A DNA stretch of 64,000 bases, taken from positions 1,860,001 to 1,924,000 of the forward strand of contig NW_025767302.1 of assembly GCF_003918875.1 (NCBI RefSeq). Reading direction: 5' to 3'. The translations under genes and the position numbers were made by a program. Source of the stretch: Haliotis rubra (Eukaryota). The notes below the pieces were generated by a model. It was not told the DNA's origin. It was given only the letters and a program-made list of their open reading frames with translations, and searched no databases. The stretch's first letter is position 1; each line of letters begins with the position of its first letter. Below are positions 52,346 through 64,000 of the stretch, piece by piece.

Positions 52346-52562
52346 GGTCCCCATCCATAAAGCGATCGTAGCGCTACAACAGTCGTAAGTCTATGTTAAA
52401 ACATGGGAGTTATGATCATCTTAGCGCTACGAACGCTTTGTGGACCGGGACCCAGGACCTAGATTTTCGAAGCTCTCTTAGCGCTAAGATAGTCGTAAGT
52501 TAATGTTAATGTATGGCACTTACGACTATCTTAGCGCTAAGAGAGCTTCGAAAATCTAGGCC
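52346..52562. mobile_element. Two tandem 107-bp hairpin mini-MITEs separated and flanked by CAG
   Basis: CAG[52346-52452]CAG[52456-52562]CAG. Each element is palindromic, the second near-perfectly. Confidence 0.7.
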
Positions 52563-54474
52563 CAGCTCTGTAGCTGGAGAGTGCACAATTTATCCATTAT
52601 TACCCCTTCCTTCCTTGCTCAGGATGCAGTACCTTGTATGTTCTCTTACATAAATGAGGAAAACCATCATACCAACTTTTCTTATGTTTATTATTTTTAT
52701 TTGATATATTTCTGCAGCGTACAGTGAAGAAATGCGTATAAAAGTGAACGCATAAAAGTGAACATATTGTTAAACTATACACGCTATTGTGTCACAGGAT
52801 TGTCTGTCCACACTCACTTTAACAGGATTGTCTAGCCGAGACTCACTTTTTCTAGATTGTCTTGGACGGAAGGGTAGCCTAGTGGTTAAAGCGTCCGCTC
52901 GTCACTCCAAAGGTCCGGGTTCGGTTCGAAGCCCATTTCTGGTGTCTGTGATATTGCAGAAAAATTGCTAAAAGCGGCGTTAAATCATACTCACTCACTC
53001 TAGATTGTCTGCCCTGACCCGGTTAGTGATGTTCAGCCCTCGAATGGCAGGTAGACTACTGGATGCGACATAGGACAACTAAAACTTCAGTGAGAGAGAC
53101 AGGTCCTACCGGAAGTGCAGGTCGTGTTAACCCTATCTGTGAACAGTAGTGTCATCACTGATTTTTAGTATTCATTCAGACAATTTTGCCTTTTATGACA
53201 AATGGAATTTGTTGTTTCGGTATTCGTTGACATTTTGAATTTACGTTGAAAAGCAAAACCTAATATCCATGTCAGTCATTATTTATAATTGTACGGAAAT
53301 CTATGCCCAAATTTCCACAGGCCAGACAAATATGAAAGACAAATATCTATTGAAAACACTCAGAGTGACACTCTGCATTTCACACTATATAATTACCACA
53401 AACAAAGACAGAGTACCTTAACGATGAGCTAATGGTATTTTTATAAAGCATACTTTGCGGAATTTTTGTAAATATTAGAAAAAGGTAAATGATGTGGCAA
53501 CGTATACAACCAAGTTAATCAAGAGAATTCGCTGGGTCTATTAATAGAAACAAAATATCGCACAAATGACGTCACGCAATACTTAACATCAGTATCACCA
53601 GTTTCTGAACGAGGTTGGAGTATGGAGATTAGATGAATAAACGCCCTACTTTCACAGCATCTTGCAAGGCGTAGCTACCATTATATACAAAAGCCGGGCT
53701 TACACACGATTGTTGCTAAAAAGGTTGGGCAAGCCCTCAATACTATCTAAATGTAAAGATTTCCAACATGTCGGGCTTACACGAAAAACATGGCTTGCTA
53801 CTGTACTTGTTCTGTTGCTGGCTGCATCCGAAAACTGTACAATCATGGTTACTGTACTTCAACTGCATGGGGTTATCAGAGTCGAATATAACAGCGATCG
53901 AATGCTTCAAATACATGGTGCATAAATAACATGCACATGTTATAAATAGGAGTTTTGACAGTGCTGTGAGTGAGTTTAGTTTTACGCCGCACTCAGCAAT
54001 ATTCCAGCTATATGGCGGCGGTCTATAAATAATTGAATCTAGACCAGACAATCCAGTGATCAACATCATGAGCATCGTTCCACGCAATTGGGATACGAAG
54101 TGTGTCAACGAAGTTAGCGCGCCTAACCACCCGATCCCCTTAGTCACCTCTTACGACAAGCATGGGTAACTGAAGATCAATTCTAACCCGTATCTTCAGG
54201 GGTCACGTTTATTAAAAAAGTGATGGTATTAGGTTAGTTGTCGTCAACATGCTGTGGTGTTCTTTTGGTTTACTTCCGTAGAGAAACACGTATTTAGTCC
54301 CTGTACTTGTCTATTCTTATAAAAATCATTTAAGAATATGTCAAAACAATACAAATGAATATTTTTTCGACTTCGTGGGCAATTAATCACGACCAATCTA
54401 TTTTTTGGCCATATATATGTGAATAACCAAACAGACTTTTTTAAATGTTGCAGGTTTTGTCCGCCAGGCAATGC

Positions 54475-55431
54475 ATGTATCCACTGAAGAACTTCATGGA
54501 ATATGATCGGACAAATAAACGGAGTTCGAATACACCCAAACACCCAAAGTACAAAACATACAGCTCCCGAGTTGAGTCATTTGTTGCCTGGCCTATACGG
54601 TATGTCCCGAAAACACCCGAGCAGCTGGCATCAGCCGGGTTCTTTTACATCGGGTCAGCTGACCGGGTCACGTGTTTCCAGTGCGGGATAACTCTGAGAG
54701 ACTGGGAGGAAGAACATGACCCTGTGGCAGAGCATCAGAGATACTCGGAACACTGTCAGTTCATCAACAAAGTCACTGTAGATCAGCTTGGGGTTGTCAA
54801 AAGAAGAAACGGTTCTCTCGTAAATACATCCGCGTCTTGCACTAAGGCCGTGGGAGATGCCATGGTCACCTCTGAAACAGATAGAGAGGAGATTAACCAA
54901 GTATCAGTCTCAACACCGAAACCAGATGGTGGAGAAATCCAAGAAGCCAACAATGACCTTCACCTTGGTGGAGGAGCATGCGCACCTCCGCAGGGCATGG
55001 ATGTTCCAAGCGAGGCTCGTGAGGACGATCAAAATGCAAGACCGTTCTCCTCTCTTTGTGAGCGATTAGGGGCTCTAACAGTACAGCAATGTAAAGATGG
55101 CGGTCTCTCAGAAGGTGATCCTGTTCCAGCAACCATTTCTAGTGCAAGAAAACAGGAGGCTCAAGGCTCAAAGGTTCCCACCACATCTCAAGACGGGAAA
55201 GAAGAACCAACGGTTGCTAAGTCTCCAAAGAATAACCTGATATCCATAAAAGCTGAAAACAGGCGTTTGAAGGAGCAGTCTACTTGCAGAAAGTGCAGAA
55301 TAAAGGCCGTGTCAACCCTCTTCCTGCCCTGTGGTCATCTCGTCACGTGCTCCGACTGCGCAGAAGAAGTTGACGCATGCGTGGTGTGTGGTACCACTAT
55401 TCTCGGGACAGTAAAAACATTTCTAATTTGA
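54475..55431 (+). CDS. Inhibitor of apoptosis protein (single BIR + C-terminal RING), single coding exon
   Basis: BIR: RVESFVAWP...LASAGFFYIGSADRVTCFQCGITLRDWEEEHDPVAEHQRYSEHC. IAP-type RING: CRKC...LFLPCGHLVTCSDC...CVVC...VKTFLI*. The ORF opens at 54445, but ttgcag at 54448-54453 looks like a splice acceptor, so the start is more likely the ATG at 54475 (or 54496). Confidence 0.92.
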   Translation: MYPLKNFMEYDRTNKRSSNTPKHPKYKTYSSRVESFVAWPIRYVPKTPEQLASAGFFYIGSADRVTCFQCGITLRDWEEEHDPVAEHQRYSEHCQFINKVTVDQLGVVKRRNGSLVNTSASCTKAVGDAMVTSETDREEINQVSVSTPKPDGGEIQEANNDLHLGGGACAPPQGMDVPSEAREDDQNARPFSSLCERLGALTVQQCKDGGLSEGDPVPATISSARKQEAQGSKVPTTSQDGKEEPTVAKSPKNNLISIKAENRRLKEQSTCRKCRIKAVSTLFLPCGHLVTCSDCAEEVDACVVCGTTILGTVKTFLI

Positions 55432-56777
55432 TGTGTTTCAAACATCCGTTACTAAATGAAAATAGAGGAATCGGTTGAGACATATAATCGAGAATCGTTA
55501 TCCCATGGCTGTGACGCTTTGTAATGCATGTTTACAAAAGATCTGTGAAGATGTCTGTTCGACGTTTACAAGTTTTTATTCTCAGTTTTATACAGAAAGA
55601 TATTCTCTAGGTGCTGTTTATACGTAAAACAATTATTGGCTCTCGCAGAATATGGTAATATATACACTGGATCGGGAAGGATATGGAAATATATAATATG
55701 TACATATTGGCACATTTCATCTGTTAGCATTTCATGACATTTTTTGTCTGAAGAATAGTTTTATCTATTTGTATTGCGCATATATATCAAAAGTACAGTT
55801 GAAATGCACCCAGTGAAGCATATTCCCGATAGGCTTTTACACAGATATAACTATCTGAGAAAATCAAAAGTCGTTTCGTGAATGCAATATGTTGTTGTCT
55901 GTGATACCTACATGTATTTATTGGTTATTGGGTAGCCTCCTATTTTCTATTACGGCAAGTTATAATGCACTTGTTTGTATTGTGTATTTGGTGTGTTTTT
56001 CTCCAGGTGGGCATTATTTAGCAAATCTACAGACTTCGGATACCTATTTATACAGTGAGCCTAGCACCGATTTTTATGAAGGCTTTTTTGTGAAAAGCGG
56101 ATTAATCACGCTCTCAATGAATAGTTCTTTCAAGTGTACTTTAGTAAAGTGTATTGCTGTTTAAGTGACTTTGTGGTTGCAGTTGAAATTGTAATGATCC
56201 TACATTATGTAGTTACCTTGGGTACGTATTGAAATGGTGATGCTATATGATAGATGTACATATTTTTTTACTTGATATCTATTTTGAACCTTTTCAGTCT
56301 TATACAATGAAACTTCGTTAATTCAAACTTCAAGACTTGATTTATTGCTTAAGATGAAAAACAAATAAAATATATGTTCTTCAGGTATCGATAATATGTC
56401 ATTGATCTTTAATAGATATTCGGGTAACTGGATGATTTTAGTGATCGAAAGAAGTTCGAGTTCACGAGGTTTTGCTGTACACATATCTTGCCTGAAATAA
56501 ATGCATTTTAATGTGACTGGAGATTTGCTGTTGTGTTTTCATCATACGACGTACATAGTGATATATTTACAAGAGTCATAATGATAAAAATACATATTCC
56601 CTGCGAAATTAATACTATGGCAGAATCGTTTGCTTGAGTTACAGAATAACCAGCCTACATCCTTGTCGTCCTCTTCAAATATTTCCCTTAAGGAACATTT
56701 GGCCGCATAGTTACCTGGTGACGTCCGTACCGATGTATGTATTGTGTTTACTTCAATTCACACAACAACATGATAAA

Positions 56778-57135
56778 GGTGAGGTGAGGTGAAATTTGGT
56801 TTTACGTCGTGCTTGAGAATATTTCGCTCATATGACAACGTGCATGCGTGTGTATGTGTATGTGCGGCTGCTTGTACTAGCCCAGACTGAAGCTGGTTTT
56901 ATAGTGCTAGCCCACTGAGATACCATGCCGCAGTGAAGCATGAATACCCGACTCAGACACATTATACTGACTCCGAGCCGACCAGTCCTTGTTGTACCCA
57001 TTAATACCGAGCACCAGGCAGGGACCAACAAGTACCATATTTTAACGTCTTTTGTTTTGACGGGGTCGGGGATCGAACCCGCGACCTTCCACTCTCCGGG
57101 CGGACACTCTAACCACTACACCACGGAGGCGGTCC
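56778..57135 (-). mobile_element. V-domain-like tRNA SINE
   Basis: tRNA head (GTGGTGTAGTGGTTAG...GGTTCGATCCCC), body GACTGGTCGGCTCGGAGTCAGTATAATGTGTC...GCTAGCACTATAAAA and a (tcacc)n tail. A closely similar copy lies at 35667-35990. Confidence 0.75.
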
Positions 57136-58455
57136 ACAACATGATAAATGTATGTCGGACGTCAAGTAGGAGGCAGGACAGGGAGTGACATGTAATTATG
57201 ACTGTGTGATATGTATGTGTGTTTTGTTTTGCTTATTTCTTTGTTGTTTAACACCTCTCTCAGCAATATTCCCGCTATATGTCGGTGGCCTGTAAATAAT
57301 TAAGTAGGGACCAGACAATCCAGTGATCAACATCATTTGCATCGATCTACGCAATTGGGATACGATGACATGTGCCAACCAAGTCAACGAGCCTGTCCAC
57401 CCGATCCCGTTAGTCGCCTCGTACGACAAGCATGGGTTGCTGAAGACCAATTCTAACCAGGATTTTCACGGGTAGTTTACTTGAGTAACACCGAAAAACT
57501 ATTGACATCAAGTACAAGAAATGAATGTGATTGTAATGTTCACAAGTCAAGTTGAAAAACATGCAGCTGGAGTATTGACACCTACGAAGAATAGATACTG
57601 TCATCAAATATTTCTCACATTATTTTTCGGTAGCCATTAGGCTTGTCCCGAGGTGTTCCGTATATATACCATAAAGATGTTTAAACTCATTTAAACAGTT
57701 CCGTTGCTTTTGAGAAAATATAAAATTTGCAATGTGCATGTGTATCTGAAAATAAGGGTTTGTCGGACTGTATTAACAGAACTATGAAATTATTCATATC
57801 AATGACAGTTGCAAGCTTCGTTGTGAACAATAAAAACTGTAGAATGAGTGTGATTGCCAACTTTCTCATTACCAGTTGTTTTTCACGCTAACACTGAACG
57901 TGTGTCTTCAACACCTCCACATCTGAATCTCAAAACAAACGCAGGCAAGAACTTCACGCTTTGACATAAATATGAAATGTAACTTAAAGTGTCTAACAAA
58001 CACACCGATCACTGAGCTGCATTATCCGAGTGTTAATAAGAGTGGGCTGGTGACCGTTAGGTACTAGTATGTTATTTGGAGACATTGCAACAACACTCGA
58101 CAGGTGCTGGATCAAGGACACCTTACTACAGTATGTGGCCCAAATGCTGGATAATGAACACCATACTGCATTGTTTGGTCACATAGTTTGTTAACCTTAC
58201 TTTTGGCGCCCCGTTTTCAGCGATTTTATAATTAATGGAAAATAGAAACAGCTTTGGATAGGGGTGATGACGTTGAATCTCTGATGGCAGTGCATCAGAG
58301 TAAATGAACTCTATTAAGGTAAGCTGCATGTCAGTATAGTTAGTATCCTGTGTAGGAATTCACAGTTAGTCAGTGACTTGTTAAAACAAGGTTTTGCCAC
58401 CGTACATGATTTCCAAAACAGACTGACAATAAGTCACCAACACTTATATTTACAT

Positions 58456-58461
58456 TTTATT
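58456..58461 (-). terminator. Candidate AATAAA polyadenylation signal of the GH86-like gene
   Basis: tttatt on the + strand, about 50 nt downstream of the TGA stop at 58513-58515. Confidence 0.5.
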
Positions 58462-58512
58462 GAAACTGGTTTACTTTGTTTGATATCGGATATTATGGCA
58501 TCCGAAGGGAGT

Positions 58513-61210
58513 TCATTGGCCTTTCCTCAGTGTTAGAGCAATTGCAGCGACCTGGCCTTGGTCCTGAGCAAAGCGCATCTGGACAGCATTGGCGTTTTGC
58601 TTGAGGATGGTCGGTGGAACATGATATTCTATCGTTGCCCAGAGATTGTCGGTGTCGTTGTTGCTCGGGTTGTGGAGAATGTAGTACGAGTGGAGATTTA
58701 CTCCATTCACAGTCACTGAAACTGGAATATACTTGGCAGAATGATCAGCGAAACTTACTGAAATGCGAAGTTTCGCTGCCGCAATGTGATGAAGATCACT
58801 GCTGTGGAGCATGATGTTCATGTGAGCTGCTTTCCTGTTTATTATAACCAACATGTCGTCTCCATAATGCACACTTTCGTAGACCAAGGGAACATGAGAA
58901 AATGTGTGACCTGTGGGGAACTGTAGGAAGCATGAGGATTCTGGAGGGACAGTCACCTGATTTCCATTGACATGAATAGGTACTTGCTTATCCAGTTGAG
59001 TGGCCCTCCTGTTATTGAGGTACAGACAGGTTGATGTCCCGTGGGTCAACTTTACCCATCCTTTGTCAAAAGCCAGTGTGACCTTAGCTTGAGCTGTGTC
59101 ATAGTTGTGTAGCAGAACGGTCAGCATTTTGGAACTTGGTTCCACAAGGACATGACTCTGTATCTGCCTCTCTGCCTGGTGGAACTGACTCTCGGATCTG
59201 AGGAACTTCATACTGCTGGTGATGTTGTCCCACAGGTGGAAGGCCAGAGCTATGTCTCTCTCGTTTTTATTCTTGTCCAGGATACTGTAGTTGATGCTTG
59301 CTTGGCCTTTCCTGTCGGTGTAACTGAGAAGGAAGGACACAGCCCTGTCCACCACATATCGAAGCTCAAGAAAGGTGAATATATTCGAGTTGTGAAGGTT
59401 GATGTAGGCCCAGTCCAAGAGGGTCGATGGTTTCTGGACATCGATGCCTGTGACCGTTGCTAGACCATGAGCTGAGAATATGATTGGAATATCCTTCCCA
59501 GTCATCATATGAGCATATGTTTCCACAATGTCCACCGTCCCAACCAGCCTAGCCTCATTTGGGCCATAAAAGTGATATCTGTTCCCCTGGACGACGAAGT
59601 GATTGAAAGGATGGAATGAAAAGAAGTCCAATAGGCCAAGGGACATGTTCATGAATTGTGTTATCCGGCTCCATTGACTAAAGTTCTGTTTATCCATATA
59701 GGTTATTCCAGCAGTAAGGGCAGGCCCGCCTATCTTTATTTGGGGATATATGGCTTTCACCTTCTTGGCCACAAGCTCGAATGCAGTAACGACAGTTGTC
59801 CAATTGACATCCAACTTCCACAGTGTGTTTGGCTCATTGATTGGTTCAAAATATGGAGGGACTGCGCCGTTAGAACCGTTGTATATTGCCTGGACGTGCA
59901 GAGATATGGTTTCCGCTACAGCATCAAGATTATTTGGAAAATGGCCCTTATGTGCAGATTTGTCCATCCAGTGAGGCCATAAAGTTCCTATATAAGAAAT
60001 ATGATGCATATGTAAAGAAATTCATTTGCTGAGATACTGATGAATCTTGATGAAAGTTATCCCGTGCATTTTTTTAATCTTCCTGAACACTAAACATCTG
60101 TAGGATCAGTGCTATAAAGTTTGCATTTTGACTGCCATCACATTGTAACATCTTTAGATTTTCAACAGAAATCCTCTTCTCTGTCAAAACTAATTATTTA
60201 ATGATCTCATGTCTGTTAAGGTGATTCGTGAACTTTACGACATGGACAGAATTGTAAAATCTTATATCGGTTGGAAAGGTTTTGTCTCTACTATTTGCAT
60301 CATATTGGCAAAAAGCAAAGCTGTGCCCCTTGGTAGTATATGAGTGGATCTCATGATTTACACTCAATTTTGGTAAACAGATAAATACCAGTGATTGATT
60401 GAGTGAGTGAGTCAGTGAGTATGCTTTTGCGCCACTTTTAGCAACATTCCAGCAATATCACAGTCGGGGACAGCAGAAATGGGCTTTACATATTGTACCG
60501 AATTGGGAAATCAAACCCAGGTCTTCAGCGTTATGAGTTGACGCTTTAACCACTAGGCTACCCCACCGCCCTGTTGAATACCAGTTGTGGAAGCCAAGTA
60601 CATCAAACCCATTGGTAAAAACAAGGAGACATGCGAGCTCTCTTCACCTACCGCTAAGTTCCAGCATAATTGGTCTCTGTTTTCCATATGTATTCAAATT
60701 GTAGATATATTTCTCAACTAAATTGTGTTGAAACTGCTTGTTTTGGAAGAATGCGGGATCCGGGTACCCCTTTCGGTTTGGATCCTCCGTCACCTATGAG
60801 AAACGTCAACTTTAACACAGTTTAAAGCCAAAACCTCTGGGAAACGATATCTATATAACAAAACATTAAATTCAGTGCTTGAGTAGGTTCATTGATAGAA
60901 ATATTCACGCTCAAGTTTTGCATTTAGAAAATATATATTTTCCAGGTGAAACACTCACTTCTAGGATATAGTCGAACACACATACCTTGTCAAAATAGTT
61001 TAAGTCTGAAGTTATCCATCTTCCAGTGCGGGCTCCGGTTTTCTTCACGTTGTCTAAAGTGTAGTGATTGTCCAGGCCCATTTTACCATTCCACCTGTCG
61101 GGGTCGAAGTTGGTTTTTCCTCCTTGTACGAGGTACTCTGGGTAAATGGTCACTGTATACCCCCTGACACAAGGAAAGGTACAGAGAGCGAGCACAATGG
61201 GTAGCAACAT
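58513..61210 (-). CDS. Secreted GH86 beta-porphyranase/agarase-like protein (clan GH-A barrel + beta-sandwich tail), 613 aa, 3 exons
   Basis: Exons 60986-61210 (signal peptide MLLPIVLALCTFPCVRG), 60652-60793 (VTEDPNRKGYPDP) and 58513-59987. Introns are GT-AG with phases 0 and 1; total 1842 nt. Motifs VPPYFEPINEP, KIGGPA, LDFFSFHPFN, VDIVETYAHMMTGKDIPIIFSAHG and the C-terminal AKLRISV...VTVNG...IEYHVP...NAVQMRFAQDQGQVAAIAL line up, from memory, with Bacteroides plebeius BpGH86A. Confidence 0.8.
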
Positions 61211-61499
61211 GTTCGTCTAGCTGGTAGTTCTATCTTCTGGTGCCAGCAGCTTGTTATGTCCTGGGTTCTATAAGGAAGCCGTTCTGTCCCAATTGGGTTT
61301 AAGTTCAGAACATTTGCATTATCACGATAAGATATTCACTTGTTATACAAATGAATCACAGACAGCATTCCATGGGCTTGTTAAAGCCATATGATTCTAA
61401 ATATGTAATTCCCACACGATAACGACGTCTTCTTTTGCAGAACCTAATAATATTATAAGTGTGAGGTTGGAATTATATTTGGAAGATGAAAATACCTAA

Positions 61500-61810
61500 C
61501 AGATACTGCACATTAAAAGTACAACCCTTTAAGAAGAAGGAAATTACTGTACAATTCCTTACAAAAAACATTGTAGTTCCAGTACTGAAATAAAAGCGAC
61601 AAGACCAGCTGCACCTAATCTGTGGAACAGCCTCCCCACTGACATTAGAAACATTCAAGATGTTGCCACTTTCCAAAAACATCTTAAGACATATATGTTC
61701 ACGAGAGATGTGTTTGAATAGACACCAGTCAATGTAGAGCTCCTAGAAGCGCTTTTGAGCAGTGATCACTGGATACTAGCGCTATATATATCCAAAGTTA
61801 TTATTATTAT
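61500..61810 (+). mobile_element. 3' fragment of an L2/CR1-type LINE
   Basis: Translates to AAPNLWNSLPTDIRNIQDVATFQKHLKTYMF, the typical L2 ORF2 C-terminus, followed by a 3' tail ending in (att)n. Confidence 0.75.
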
Positions 61811-62599
61811 TTCACATAATCATTGGAAATCTCCACTAATTCCAGAGTCCATTGTACCAACCATGAACATGTATGAATCCCCATCAAATAGTGACGAATC
61901 AAAGTCCAAGTGTTCGAAAGAAGATGAGTTCATTCAGACCCACCAGCCGCATCCTCTACAATGGTTTATTGGGTGAAAATAAGAAGGTTGTCATCCACAC
62001 TGTTGCATGACACCAACTCATTTGGGATATTATAACTATAATTTAGATAAAAGATGCCTATGACGTACATAATGGTATTATTTAAAAACTTTTTATTTAT
62101 GTTTGGATTATGCTCACAAATATTCTGGCATTCCAACACAATGATCGTGTTGTCGGATCAGTTTGACTGTGCAGTTTAAAAGTTTGAGACAGCATTTAAA
62201 ACTGATCTGTATTTGAAAGGATACATACGAAAAACTTTATCCATTACTCTGCCTAAGCAGTTAAGCACACTGAATATATCCCAGGAACATCAATGATTTT
62301 TCCCGCTGAGACAAGGCGTTTGATCCGATCTTTATTGGTAGATGCGTTAAAGCATGCAGCATACAGGTCAAATGAACGCCTGAAAAGTTTGATGGTAAGA
62401 CTCATGGATGACCCTGGCCACTTATGGAGTGTTGAGTTTTAGCTGTAACAGGTGGATCTGATTTACCCTGGTTTTAATCTGACACTCGGGACGGCTATTT
62501 GCATACAGAGATAGGTTTTGAGTCAGAGCTAGAGGAAATACACAAAGGAAAGACTTGAACCGTATGGAAGTAGTGTAGGATGAGTCAGAGTGAACCTTC

Positions 62600-62790
62600 T
62601 AACGTGATCTTCTTCAGCACAAGACGGTTTGTACTCTACTCTTACCATTGACACTGCCGCCTTGTATTTCTTCCATCCCTTGTAGGCAGCTCTGTGGTTT
62701 CGTTCACAATTACAACATTTGGATATTGTTTCTGCACCAGTTTCTATTTGGTCATTCTCTGCATAGGGATTACAGGCTTTAAGTTTTACA
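62600..62790 (-). mobile_element. LINE ORF1 (gag-like zinc knuckle) relic
   Basis: The minus strand reads KCCNCERNHRAAYKGWKKYKAA, resembling the last CCHC knuckle of I/Nimb/Jockey ORF1. Confidence 0.5.
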
Positions 62791-63365
62791 TCGAGTTACC
62801 ACATGGCACACAATGCATGGAAACAGAGGCCACCTGATTGCGAGAAGTCTGTGCGAAAGAATGACCAAAAATAACTGTATGAACAAGTATTTCAAAGTAC
62901 TTTACTATGACTAACCTTATCGATAATAAAACCAGCTTATTCGACAATTAATATCAAATATCACACCCTGTACTAAAACTACGTTGTACAAGCTTGAAGA
63001 AGCCCAGCATCTAGGGCATCTCTTCTAGTGGATTCAATAGAAAAAGAGTCATTATTTTCTTCGTCCGGCAGTTAAGATGTTACCTTTTCAGCAGATTGTG
63101 TGAATGACGGGTGCTACCGGAAACACCGGATATGCTTACCCTTCTGAGCGGACACTTGGAACCATCACTGCTTTTCAGTGGTCCATTCATGTGGTTCTCA
63201 CGGCTATTTTGACACTGGTTGGGATCTGTTTTTGAGGATAGTCAAGAATGGGTAAATGACGTTATATATACGCTTTTAACTTTCTTATCTATTTATAGGA
63301 GATGCAGAATTATTTAGTCACCTAAACCTTTTTGGAAACGGATGATGATTAAAGGGGGGTTGCAC

Positions 63366-63669
63366 GTCAGTGTAATTAGTGTCCTGTGTGACACTGTGCC
63401 ACTCTGTCAGTATAATTAGTGTCCTGTGTGACACTGCCACTGTGTCAGTATAATTAGTGTCCTGTGAGACACTGCCACTGTGTCAGTATAATTAGTGTCC
63501 TGTGAGACACTACCACTGTGTCAGTATAATTAGTGTCCTGTGTGACACTACCACTGTGTCAGTATAATTAGTGTCCTGTGTGACACTGCCACTGTGTCAG
63601 TATAATTAGTGTCCTGTGTGACACTGCCACTGTGTCAGTATAATTAGTGTCCTGTGACACTGCCACTGT
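63366..63669. repeat. 38-bp minisatellite (~8 copies)
   Basis: Unit gtcagtataattagtgtcctgtgtgacactgccactgt. Confidence 0.95.
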
Positions 63670-64000
63670 TGCTGCGGCACCATCAGAACATAGTGGGCTG
63701 CCATTTCGCCGACCGGGCGACATTAAAGAACCATGACGCTTTTTCTTCGTATATGGTATGCCATGGGCGCTGCGCCATATCATGGTGTACTCGTGGGCGC
63801 AGCAATCATCAAAATGATGGTATTAACAATGCGGCATGTCCGGGTGGTATTACCATGGAGCGCTTTTCATCTTCGCGGTGGTATTATTCGAACGCAGGGG
63901 CGTATATTGGGCATAGCGAACGATAAGGTATGGGCCGTATACGGAACTTACGCTGTAATGAACATAATTGAACTTTCGAACGCTGGTGGCGATGAGCAAG

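Noticed and set aside
53567-53574. CRE motif TGACGTCA upstream of the IAP (also ~8630 and ~12397)
   Set aside because: An 8-mer is expected by chance at this scale, and there is no TSS evidence.
9985-63669. Tandem 31-39-bp arrays as possible CRISPR arrays
   Set aside because: Units are head-to-tail with no unique spacers, there are no cas genes and the context is eukaryotic.

Overview
Eukaryotic, AT-rich, intron-containing genomic DNA packed with tRNA-derived SINEs and MITEs. The repeat families and gene content point to a gastropod mollusc, probably abalone (Haliotis), but this is inference. Bases 1-23 kb contain no recognisable host gene, only SINEs, MITEs, a Crypton tyrosine-recombinase relic, minisatellites and a 164-N gap. 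Five genes could be reconstructed by hand from splice sites and conserved motifs: a Lines homolog (LINS1, +, 5 coding exons); Cactin (-, last 10 exons, 5' part missing); MED27 (+, 8 exons, with an in-frame TGA at codon 179); an IAP with one BIR and a RING in a single coding exon (+); and a secreted, 3-exon GH86 beta-porphyranase/agarase-like gene (-). The GH86-like gene is the most interesting. It belongs to a family known mainly from marine bacteria, sits here as an intron-containing animal gene, keeps the acid/base Glu (NEP motif) and has Ala at the predicted catalytic nucleophile position. A second oddity is a ~55-copy 31-bp minisatellite built from a Cactin splice acceptor. Homology calls rest on motifs recalled from memory, not on database searches.
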